Shown in pieces: positions 55,801 to 62,356 of a stretch of DNA of 62,356 nucleotides. A model generated the notes under the pieces. That model was not told where the DNA came from. It ran no database searches and was given only the letters and a program-made list of their open reading frames with translations. The DNA lies in IMG/VR virus record IMGVR_UViG_3300046000_004988, positions 1-62,356 of that record; one strand, written 5' to 3'. How positions within the stretch are numbered: the stretch's first letter is position 1; each line of letters starts with the position of its first letter. This DNA comes from a virus. Its lineage: Duplodnaviria; Caudoviricetes. The position numbers and the translations under genes were made by a program.

Positions 55801-56079
55801 TTATTTCGGGACGACTTCGAGAGATGTGAGTAGGACTGCTGCGGCAGCATTTGAATCCTTCGCCCTTTTGGTTAGGAGTGTGGCTGAGTTGATAACGTTG
55901 CGAAGAGCGTCACGCAGGCTGAACGCTTTGCCGTGCGTGCCACAGAAGATGATCCTGGCTGGTGACGAGTGGTCACCGTATCCTGCTGTCTTGCAGCCGC
56001 ATGGATACACCGTCTGGGTGCGTCCATCATGCTGGACTGTGTGCGGGTCGTTTGCCCATGTTGTGGATTGATCGCTCAT
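55801..56079 (-). CDS. Hypothetical protein
   Basis: 92-aa ORF with YPCGC...FCGTH. Confidence 0.6.
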   Translation of the reverse strand: MSDQSTTWANDPHTVQHDGRTQTVYPCGCKTAGYGDHSSPARIIFCGTHGKAFSLRDALRNVINSATLLTKRAKDSNAAAAVLLTSLEVVPK

Positions 56080-56085
56080 GATGAT

Positions 56086-56421
56086 TTAGATGATTGCTGA
56101 GGTTCCGTAGATGTGCTGGACCAAGACGCATTCCTGGTTGAGCAGAAGTTTGATGATGTTGATGATGTCAGTGACCTTGTGCTCGATATTGGCAATGGGT
56201 GATGTGATTGCAACTTCGAGCGTGATGCTTGCCTCCTCGACGAGTTCATCAGTGCCTGTGTTGACCCATCCTCCGTGACCTGAAGTCTCAGTGTATCCGC
56301 CAAAGATTTTGGCGACCTCGCGACGAATGACCTGGATGGACTTCTCAGGAGTTGGTGCCGTGATGGATTTGCCGTCCTTGTCTTTCTCGATGCCGAATGT
56401 GAATTTGATGCTTGAGATCAT
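56086..56421 (-). CDS. SAM-lyase/DUF3574-like protein (putative anti-restriction)
   Basis: FGGYT...GGW...EEAS...LNQECVLV pattern. Confidence 0.5.
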   Translation of the reverse strand: MISSIKFTFGIEKDKDGKSITAPTPEKSIQVIRREVAKIFGGYTETSGHGGWVNTGTDELVEEASITLEVAITSPIANIEHKVTDIINIIKLLLNQECVLVQHIYGTSAII

Positions 56422-56483
56422 GATAGTAGTTGTTTGTGTTATTGAGTTGGATTTGCGCGTTACAGTCGCGCCCCTGGTTTTGA

Positions 56484-56633
56484 TTAGCTATGACGGTTGA
56501 TTTCGACCCGTGCATCTGGGTAGCAATCCTGAAACATTTTAGCCGTGGCGATCGCTCCATTAAAGTCGCGGTCATCGCTATTGAGGATAAATGATGGGGC
56601 GTTTGAAGGGCTGATTGTGAATGAGTATTTCAT
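56484..56633 (-). CDS. 49-aa hypothetical protein
   Basis: Manual translation MKYSFTISPSNAPSF...YPDARVEINRHS. Confidence 0.5.
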   Translation of the reverse strand: MKYSFTISPSNAPSFILNSDDRDFNGAIATAKMFQDCYPDARVEINRHS

Positions 56634-56662
56634 ATTCGTGTGGCGTGTGTGGTGGCTGAAAA

Positions 56663-56908
56663 TTAGTGACGTGGGTTTGGGAGGATGATTTCGAGCGATG
56701 TTGGGTTGTGACCCGAATCTGCAAGATTTTTTATTTCGCGTGCCAGGATCTTTTCGAGTGCCTCAGCCAGGTCTTCATCGACTTCGATGAATTCAATTTG
56801 GTTTGCCTGGAGTGTGTAACGCTCTGCGCCCTTCCAGATGCCATTGGCACCCTTGGTATAGGTAGTCTGGCGATTAGCTTCGTCGATTGGGAATGTGATG
56901 CTGGTCAT
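56663..56908 (-). CDS. Early hypothetical protein
   Basis: ATG at the end of the conserved promoter-leader repeat. Confidence 0.65.
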   Translation of the reverse strand: MTSITFPIDEANRQTTYTKGANGIWKGAERYTLQANQIEFIEVDEDLAEALEKILAREIKNLADSGHNPTSLEIILPNPRH

Positions 56909-56995
56909 ATTGGTATTTGGTCCGCACAGGGGTTTTGTCTGGCGTGAGGAGAGTATGGGGTCGGACTTCCGACCCGTCAAATAGTTTTTGTCAGA
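56903..56995 (-). promoter_or_regulatory. Early promoter-operator-leader unit, copy 1
   Basis: AAAAACTA-TTGACG-N17(palindrome)-CATACT ... GGACCAAATACCAATATG; identical to 58962-59053 except for one indel. Confidence 0.8.
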
Positions 56996-57393
56996 TTCGC
57001 TCTTTTCTTTTTGATCGTTCCCCTTGGGTCTGGGTTGATGCCAAACAATTTCCTGAGCTTCGCCACCGTGAGGCAGAGTCGCACCTTGTTCTTTGGGTCC
57101 AGGATCTCGATTGCTGAACTGATCTGGAAATCCTGGAGCGTTGGCTTTTTGAATGACCTTGGTCGTATCCGTGGCTTGAGGTCTTTCGCTTGCTGGTCCT
57201 CACTCCATTCGCCCATGACGAGGATGAGTGACGTGAGCGGTATCCAGGCGCATCTGCCCTCGCCTGTCACCTGTGCCTTGTATGACTCCCTGTTGAGTCC
57301 GGTGATGGTTCCTCGTGCTCCACCCCATCCGTGCCCGTTGACGGCAACACGGCATCCGAGAGAAAAGTCTTGGTCGTTGGTCCTGATGATCAT
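56977..57393 (-). CDS. KOW/SH3-like small protein with basic tail
   Basis: FSLGCRVAVNGHGW...RGTI...AWIPLTSL; paralog of 61267-61446. Confidence 0.6.
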   Translation of the reverse strand: MIIRTNDQDFSLGCRVAVNGHGWGGARGTITGLNRESYKAQVTGEGRCAWIPLTSLILVMGEWSEDQQAKDLKPRIRPRSFKKPTLQDFQISSAIEILDPKNKVRLCLTVAKLRKLFGINPDPRGTIKKKRANLTKTI

Positions 57394-57412
57394 TGGTTAT
57401 TCCTTCCTGGTT

Positions 57413-57670
57413 TTATCTAAATGCACGAGCCAGTTTCCAGCAGTCTTCTATCCTCGTGTCTGGATTGATGCGGTTCCTAAATGTTGAGCCTGGACTGATG
57501 TGGTAGGCAATGGCTGGATCTTCGCGATCAACTCCGAACTCGACTTCGATTCCGCACTCTGAAATTGCGTCGTTGAGATCTTCAATTTCTTCATCGGTGA
57601 GTTCTATGATTCTCTTTTGAGACTGGTCCATGTTGAGTGCTGCTGTTTGATTGATTGAGTCCGGTTTCAA
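57413..57670 (-). CDS. Hypothetical protein
   Basis: 85-aa ORF; start uncertain. Confidence 0.5.
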   Translation of the reverse strand: MKPDSINQTAALNMDQSQKRIIELTDEEIEDLNDAISECGIEVEFGVDREDPAIAYHISPGSTFRNRINPDTRIEDCWKLARAFR

Positions 57671-57749
57671 TTGTGCCCCGAAACCGGAAGAGGGTCGATG
57701 GTGTGGTGTTGGTTATTCTACTTCATGGTGGTGTCCTCCTGGTGGTGAA

Positions 57750-57824
57750 TGGGGTCAGAGGAGGGGATCGAACCCTCTATCTTCAGGATATGAGCCTGAC
57801 GACTTGCCACTTGTCCTCTCTGAC
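57750..57824 (-). tRNA. tRNA with CAU anticodon (Met/fMet-like, atypical)
   Basis: GTCAGAG/CTCTGAC acceptor, TCAGG-CTCATAT-CCTGA anticodon arm, GAGGG-TTCGATC-CCCTC T-arm, encoded CCA. Confidence 0.8.
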
Positions 57825-57832
57825 GAAATTGG

Positions 57833-58063
57833 TTAAGCGAAAGCTGGAGTGCGTCCAGATGCCTTCAGGAGATCGTTAGCCTTGGCAATGCGTGCCTTGG
57901 CGCTCTCGATGAATTTGGCGCGACTGGTGGCAGCACGGGATGCGCTCCGCTTTGCCTCTGGCGTGGATGCTGTATCTGCGCCGTATGTGCGGCGGAATGC
58001 AGCCTCCTGCTGGTCGCGACGTTTCTGATGGGCTTCGCCCTGGACTCCGAGTGGTGTGTTCAT
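57833..58063 (-). CDS. Small basic protein
   Basis: Probable start MNTPLG after an A/C-rich leader. Confidence 0.5.
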   Translation of the reverse strand: MNTPLGVQGEAHQKRRDQQEAAFRRTYGADTASTPEAKRSASRAATSRAKFIESAKARIAKANDLLKASGRTPAFA

Positions 58064-58143
58064 GTTCGTATGGGTGTTGTGGGTGTTTGTTTGGCTTTGC
58101 CAATTGGCAGAGAATGTGTGGTTTGTTTCGGGTTTTGCAAGTG

Positions 58144-58701
58144 CTACCACTCGCCCTGTTCAGCGTCGATGATCTCCTGGGAGGTTTCATTGTGCCAGCA
58201 ACCGATGATTTTGACGTCCTCGATTTTCTTCGTGATGCACTCAAGTGGTGCGCGATCACTGTCCGGATTCAGCAACTTTTCCTTTTCCGCTGGGGTGAGG
58301 TATTCCGAGACCTGCTCCTTGATGGAGGTGCCAAGGATTGCTGACTGAGGGACACCGTCCTTCAGGATCTCGTAACGGGTTGTGCAGTGCTGCGACTGGA
58401 CCGGATAGAGGCGGACGTATTCTGCGCCCTTGTGGGTGATTATCCAGGGAAACACTGCCCATTCACCCCATGGGAGCGATTGGACCTCGCCGCGCTCACC
58501 TGAAGCGATTGCAGCCAGGACTGATGCCTTGTGGGCATAGTCGATTCCGGTGCGGAAGATGCCCTCGACGTGCTTGATGACTTGGACGTCTTTGTGTGCG
58601 GCGGCGAGTTTGACGTTGGTTTTGTATTCGACACGGACGAATTGACCTTTGCAGGTCTTGACGGTGTCGATGAGGGACTGGGCGGATGGGCTGATTTGCA
58701 T
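58144..58701 (-). CDS. Conserved-looking phage hypothetical protein
   Basis: GIDY...LPWGEW...IITHKG.EYVRLYP; biased codon usage. Confidence 0.75.
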   Translation of the reverse strand: MQISPSAQSLIDTVKTCKGQFVRVEYKTNVKLAAAHKDVQVIKHVEGIFRTGIDYAHKASVLAAIASGERGEVQSLPWGEWAVFPWIITHKGAEYVRLYPVQSQHCTTRYEILKDGVPQSAILGTSIKEQVSEYLTPAEKEKLLNPDSDRAPLECITKKIEDVKIIGCWHNETSQEIIDAEQGEW

Positions 58702-58724
58702 ATTGGTTTTGGTTTTGGGTTGTG

Positions 58725-58967
58725 TTACTTTGAGGACAAAGTTGCGACTGGTTGACTTCCACCATGGGGAGCCGAGAAGCAGCAGTCATTCCGGTCAGAG
58801 TTCCAGGAGCACCAAGTGAAGCGGCGACCTTGGAAGTTGAGGACTTTATTAGTGAACCTTTTCACATCACTCCATCCGTTTGGGCACTGGACCGTGAGGA
58901 AGTCTTTACCCACATCTGGACGCTCGTGGAGTGTCACTGAGATTTCGTTGGTGATTGTAGCGGTCAT
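58725..58967 (-). CDS. Early hypothetical protein
   Basis: ATG at the end of promoter-leader repeat copy 2. Confidence 0.7.
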   Translation of the reverse strand: MTATITNEISVTLHERPDVGKDFLTVQCPNGWSDVKRFTNKVLNFQGRRFTWCSWNSDRNDCCFSAPHGGSQPVATLSSK

Positions 58968-59053
58968 ATTGGTATTTGGTCCGCACAGGGGTTTGTCTGG
59001 CGTGAGGAGAGTATGGGGTCGGACTTCCGACCCGTCAAATAGTTTTTGTCAGA
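58962..59053 (-). promoter_or_regulatory. Early promoter-operator-leader unit, copy 2
   Basis: Near-identical to 56903-56995. Confidence 0.8.
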
Positions 59054-59269
59054 ATTTACATTCTTCCTCATCCATCAGCCCCATCAGCCCTGTGTCGACA
59101 CGTCTTCCAGCCATGAGTCGTATCTTGATTCCGCACTGCTTGTTGTGCTCCTTTCTGATGTCCCTGTCGGTTCCTGAAGTACCGACTCTTGTGTTCATCA
59201 TATTCAGTCCACGACGCTTCAATGCGTCATCCAGTTTTGTTTGCTTCTTTGCCATGGTGTTTGTTATTC

Positions 59270-59659
59270 CTAGTTCTGGTCCCACATGGCATCCCATGCG
59301 TCTGGTTCGTTGTTCTCCTCTGGTGGTTCTCCAAAGAAGTTGTCTTCATCTGGATTGTAATTGCCCTCTTCTTCAGGTAGAAGGAAGTCGATACGCCTTC
59401 CCTCATACTCTGCTTTGATGCAGAATCCGAATCCCGACAATTTGGTTATACCGATTGCCTGGAGAGTTTGGAACAGACCGTCATAGTCGATGGTCTCGAT
59501 CTGCCTGATGCGGTAGAGGATGATGTCGCAATCTTTTCGTGGTCCGTCTTTGTAAAGCAAACCTCCTGTTAGACCAACGTGGCAACCATGCATTGGTGCT
59601 ACGTCTTCAATCTTTCTACAAAGCTCAATGGCTTCGCTTGTTGTCCATGTGTGAATCAT
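59270..59659 (-). CDS. Minimal Pol-beta-type nucleotidyltransferase-like protein
   Basis: VGLTGGLL...KDCDIIL...RIDFL (GG, DxD and third D). Confidence 0.6.
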   Translation of the reverse strand: MIHTWTTSEAIELCRKIEDVAPMHGCHVGLTGGLLYKDGPRKDCDIILYRIRQIETIDYDGLFQTLQAIGITKLSGFGFCIKAEYEGRRIDFLLPEEEGNYNPDEDNFFGEPPEENNEPDAWDAMWDQN

Positions 59660-59663
59660 ATTG

Positions 59664-60005
59664 CTAGAAGGATAACAGTCCGAGTTTTCTTGCTGCGTTT
59701 GGGTTTGCGTGAATCCAGTTGTGGCAGTCGCGGCAGCAGTATTTGTAGACCAGGATGTTCTCCTTGGATCTTCCGTGTGTGTGGTGACGATCAAATGAGT
59801 CTTTGGTGCCATAAGCCTTGCATGAGAAACATGTTTGCTGACGTGCGTCCTGCTCGACTTGGGCAAAGTATTTCTTTTCCCACTCAGACTTCTTTGCGCT
59901 CCTGGCTTTGATTGGGGCTCGTTTCTTTTTCTCGATGAGTCCAGCCTTGGCTTTTTCTACGTATGTGAGACGCTTCGATGGTTTTGCTTGGAATTCAGTA
60001 ATCAT
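59664..60005 (-). CDS. HNH/NinG-like zinc-binding nuclease
   Basis: CFSC...DRHH...GR...CRDCHNWIH. Confidence 0.75.
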   Translation of the reverse strand: MITEFQAKPSKRLTYVEKAKAGLIEKKKRAPIKARSAKKSEWEKKYFAQVEQDARQQTCFSCKAYGTKDSFDRHHTHGRSKENILVYKYCCRDCHNWIHANPNAARKLGLLSF

Positions 60006-60249
60006 GTGGACCCTCCTTGATGCTCCTGAATTCACTGATCTCTTTTCTCATTGAGTCGATGGATGCTTTGGTGATGAGTTCATCCACACTCGGAGGTGGT
60101 GGTGGCGAGAAGTGGAGGTGTGATTGCATGTCGTCATACAGACCGATCTCGATGCGTCCTGCGGCATTCCGGCATCGCTCAATGAGGTCATCGGCATCAC
60201 GCAGTTTACTCTTGAGCGCATCAACGTAGTTCTGTGGGTAATAGATCAT
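59995..60249 (-). CDS. Hypothetical protein
   Basis: Probable start MIYYPQ. Confidence 0.5.
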   Translation of the reverse strand: MIYYPQNYVDALKSKLRDADDLIERCRNAAGRIEIGLYDDMQSHLHFSPPPPPSVDELITKASIDSMRKEISEFRSIKEGPHDY

Positions 60250-60250
60250 G

Positions 60251-60559
60251 TTACCAGAGTTTGAATGTTCGGCCAAACGCCTCAGCCTTTTGACTGGCTT
60301 TGGCGTGAATGTCCACCTTGCTGAGGTGGTGCGTAAACACATGAGGACCACCAAGGACGACAATTCTGATGTTCTCGCGATACTGCGCCCAAGTGTAGTC
60401 TGGGATTGATGTCTCTGCCTGATACATGTCATTGAGGTCAGAGAAGTAATCTGGAATCCTGGCGAGTCTTCCATGCAATTGACCGTGCCAACTGATTTTG
60501 TTGATGTTTTTGTATCCTTTGAACTCGGCAATCTTGACCCGTTTGTTTGAGGTGTTCAT
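60251..60559 (-). CDS. Hypothetical phage protein
   Basis: IAEFKG...IPDYFSDLNDM...A.ASQKAEAF. Confidence 0.65.
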   Translation of the reverse strand: MNTSNKRVKIAEFKGYKNINKISWHGQLHGRLARIPDYFSDLNDMYQAETSIPDYTWAQYRENIRIVVLGGPHVFTHHLSKVDIHAKASQKAEAFGRTFKLW

Positions 60560-60756
60560 GACTTCTTTTTCTTAGGCTTGATTGGAGTTGCGACGAATAC
60601 GGCCTGGACCACTTCGATCTTCAGGATGCTGGCGTTTGGCGGAAGATCCTTGAAGTGCTCAAGGACTGAGAGTTGGATCTTTCTGATGATCTCTTTGGCC
60701 TTTTTGCTTGCTGGTGTTTGGATCACCATTCGGAATTGTTCTGGAGGTAGTTTCAT
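60556..60756 (-). CDS. Hypothetical protein
   Basis: ATGA-coupled to its neighbours. Confidence 0.55.
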   Translation of the reverse strand: MKLPPEQFRMVIQTPASKKAKEIIRKIQLSVLEHFKDLPPNASILKIEVVQAVFVATPIKPKKKKS

Positions 60757-60977
60757 GAGAATGAGAATGCGATGAAGATGATGATGAGGAGGATCACAGC
60801 AAGAGCGATTGCTGAGAATATGTCTTTGGTTAGGTTGCTCCCAATGTCTTCAATTTGCTCTGGCGCAGACTTGACGAAGTTTCTGTAGTGCGATTGGCGA
60901 TAGGTGCGCTTGAATGGCGGGTTCACTGTGGCGTCATAGACGTGGATCAGAACGCTTTTTCTGTCGTAGGATTTCAT
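60753..60977 (-). CDS. C-terminally membrane-anchored protein
   Basis: IFSAIALAVILLIIIFIAF. Confidence 0.55.
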   Translation of the reverse strand: MKSYDRKSVLIHVYDATVNPPFKRTYRQSHYRNFVKSAPEQIEDIGSNLTKDIFSAIALAVILLIIIFIAFSFS

Positions 60978-61261
60978 TCGATTGATGAGTTTGGTTGTTC
61001 GGCTGGTTGAAGTGAATTGACGTCTGTGATGCACAGACCTGTGGCTCGTGGATATGATAGCAGAACCGTGTGCCTGTCGCTCCTGATCTCAACGAGTTTG
61101 ACGAGGTCACCAGGGAAGATCCTGATGGTTGCCAGGATGTCGTGCGGGTAATCAATGTCACGCCCCTGGCATGACGTGTTGATGACTGGCAGACGCTCCC
61201 TGTCGCGTGTGATTGGCTGGAACGTGTAGTGCAGACCTGGTGTGAGTTCTTCAGCTTTCAT
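60974..61261 (-). CDS. Hypothetical protein
   Basis: 95-aa ORF packed in the operon. Confidence 0.55.
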   Translation of the reverse strand: MKAEELTPGLHYTFQPITRDRERLPVINTSCQGRDIDYPHDILATIRIFPGDLVKLVEIRSDRHTVLLSYPRATGLCITDVNSLQPAEQPNSSIE

Positions 61262-61266
61262 GATGG

Positions 61267-61446
61267 TTATACTAGCGTGAGCGATGTTGCTGGAATCCAG
61301 GCTGGGCTATTGCCGCCATTCCTGAGAACAAGAGCGCGGAAGCTCGACTGGTCGAGGTGCTGGATGATGCCCCTTGCATCGCACCATCCGTGCCCGCTAA
61401 CACGGACCTCGTCTCCGACTTTGAATGTTTGACCGTTTGTTTTCAT
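61267..61446 (-). CDS. 59-aa KOW/SH3-like protein
   Basis: Manual translation MKTNGQTFKVGDEVRVSGHGWCDARGII...AWIPATSLTLV. Confidence 0.65.
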   Translation of the reverse strand: MKTNGQTFKVGDEVRVSGHGWCDARGIIQHLDQSSFRALVLRNGGNSPAWIPATSLTLV

Positions 61447-61712
61447 GCTGCGTATTTGGAATAAAGTTTTTCGACTGTGGCGTTGATCTTCGTCTGGTTG
61501 CCCAACCGTGTCAATGCACGCAAATATCCGGCAGTCTTGCAGTAGATCTTGCTCTCCGCATGAATGTAAATCGTATCACGGTGGCGGGCGCTGTGGAGAA
61601 CAATGCCCTTCTTCCCAATGTGGAATGAGCAGTCCCTGGATTGAGACTTCGGTTGGAGTTGACGAGCGGATGCTCGATTATTGATGCTGGTGATGACTTC
61701 AAGGCAATACAT
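61443..61712 (-). CDS. Hypothetical protein
   Basis: Probable start MYCLEV after an A/C-rich leader. Confidence 0.55.
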   Translation of the reverse strand: MYCLEVITSINNRASARQLQPKSQSRDCSFHIGKKGIVLHSARHRDTIYIHAESKIYCKTAGYLRALTRLGNQTKINATVEKLYSKYAA

Positions 61713-61755
61713 ATTGGTTTTTTGTTTTGGGTTTGGATGAATTGAGATTAAAGTC

Positions 61756-62124
61756 CTAACTACAGCAAGAGCAACATGGGGCATCCTCGCAGCGACCACG
61801 CTTGTTTTGATACCACTCAGCGCCGGAAGAGAAGCGTGCGTAATTGGACTGGTATTCTGGCTTTTTCGATACTGCCTGGACCTTGGCTTCACAGGAGTCG
61901 CACCGGACTGGCGTGGCTGCACCGTATGGGCGGAACTTGCCATTCGGGTCTCCGCACTCCCAGCAGGCTGCGCGGACGTCCTGTGGACTCTCTGGAGCAG
62001 GGATTCCAGCGCATTTGAGGTGTTGGGCACCGGATGACTTGCTCCATGCGATGAGTTCACCTTTCGCGATTGGCTCAGAGCAGCACTTGCACTTTCCTGG
62101 GTATTTGGATTGGATGGTCTTCAT
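61756..62124 (-). CDS. Cys-rich early protein
   Basis: SKYPGKCKCC.EPIAKG, CWEC, GRCEDAPCCSCC; ATG at the end of promoter-leader copy 3. Confidence 0.75.
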   Translation of the reverse strand: MKTIQSKYPGKCKCCSEPIAKGELIAWSKSSGAQHLKCAGIPAPESPQDVRAACWECGDPNGKFRPYGAATPVRCDSCEAKVQAVSKKPEYQSNYARFSSGAEWYQNKRGRCEDAPCCSCCS

Positions 62125-62204
62125 GTTGGTATTTGGTCCGCTCAGTTGTTTTGCTGGCGTGAGATGACTATTGGGTCGGATGTCGGACCCGTCAAATAGT
62201 TTTT
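62122..62204 (-). promoter_or_regulatory. Early promoter-operator-leader unit, copy 3 (diverged)
   Basis: AAAAACTA-TTGACG-palindrome-AATAGT...CTCACGCCAG...GCGGACCAAATACCAACATG. Confidence 0.7.
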
Positions 62205-62229
62205 ATCATCTTTTTTCTAAGTGCATGAT

Positions 62230-62356
62230 TTCATGGACTGGAGTCGCTGAAATAAAGTGACGTGGTTTGTGCATCTCCCAGTCGTGAGATTGCAGGAGTC
62301 CTGGAGTCCTGAATCTGGTGCCGCATTTCAAGCAGCAGTGGATCGGTTTCCGTGGC
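62230..62356. repeat. Terminal direct repeat, copy 2
   Basis: Identical to 1-127. Confidence 0.95.

Noticed and set aside
4413-62190. Palindromes or the 90-bp repeats as a CRISPR array
   Set aside because: Copies are kilobases apart, not separated by 30-40-nt spacers; no cas genes

Overview
Apparently complete, circularly assembled dsDNA tailed-phage genome of about 62.2 kb. Bases 1-127 are repeated exactly at 62230-62356, and essentially all genes lie on the minus strand. It has a podovirus-like virion module: TerS/TerL, portal, scaffold, N4-gp56-like major capsid, adaptor, nozzle, tail fibre and a 5,601-aa polyvalent/ejection protein. Replication looks lambda-like, with an HTH initiator carrying iterons, DnaB, SF2 and UvrD helicases, a Rad50/SMC-like ATPase and an SSB. 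There are also amidase/holin/spanin-like lysis genes, a glycosyl-/acetyltransferase cassette and two tRNAs. I recognised no integrase, DNA polymerase or RNA polymerase. Top findings: (1) An array of five integron attC-like sites delimits four ~300-bp cassettes at 54222-55533. The cassette ORFs run antisense to the attC sites, start inside their own attC loop, and all cross the recombination point in the same frame (AAC = Asn). This suggests a frame-preserving, translationally coupled cassette-shuffling system with no integrase in the genome. (2) Sixteen copies of an 18-bp palindrome, GGGTC-N8-GACCC, are spread around the genome mostly 2-5 kb apart. Ten are inside CDSs and three exactly fill sigma70-like promoter spacers. 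(3) The giant protein is punctuated by seven Q-x-M-A-[AG]-P linkers that separate enzyme-like modules downstream of zincin-like peptidase motifs. (4) There is a tRNA-like RNA with no anticodon loop. All family assignments come from motif recognition by eye, not from database searches.
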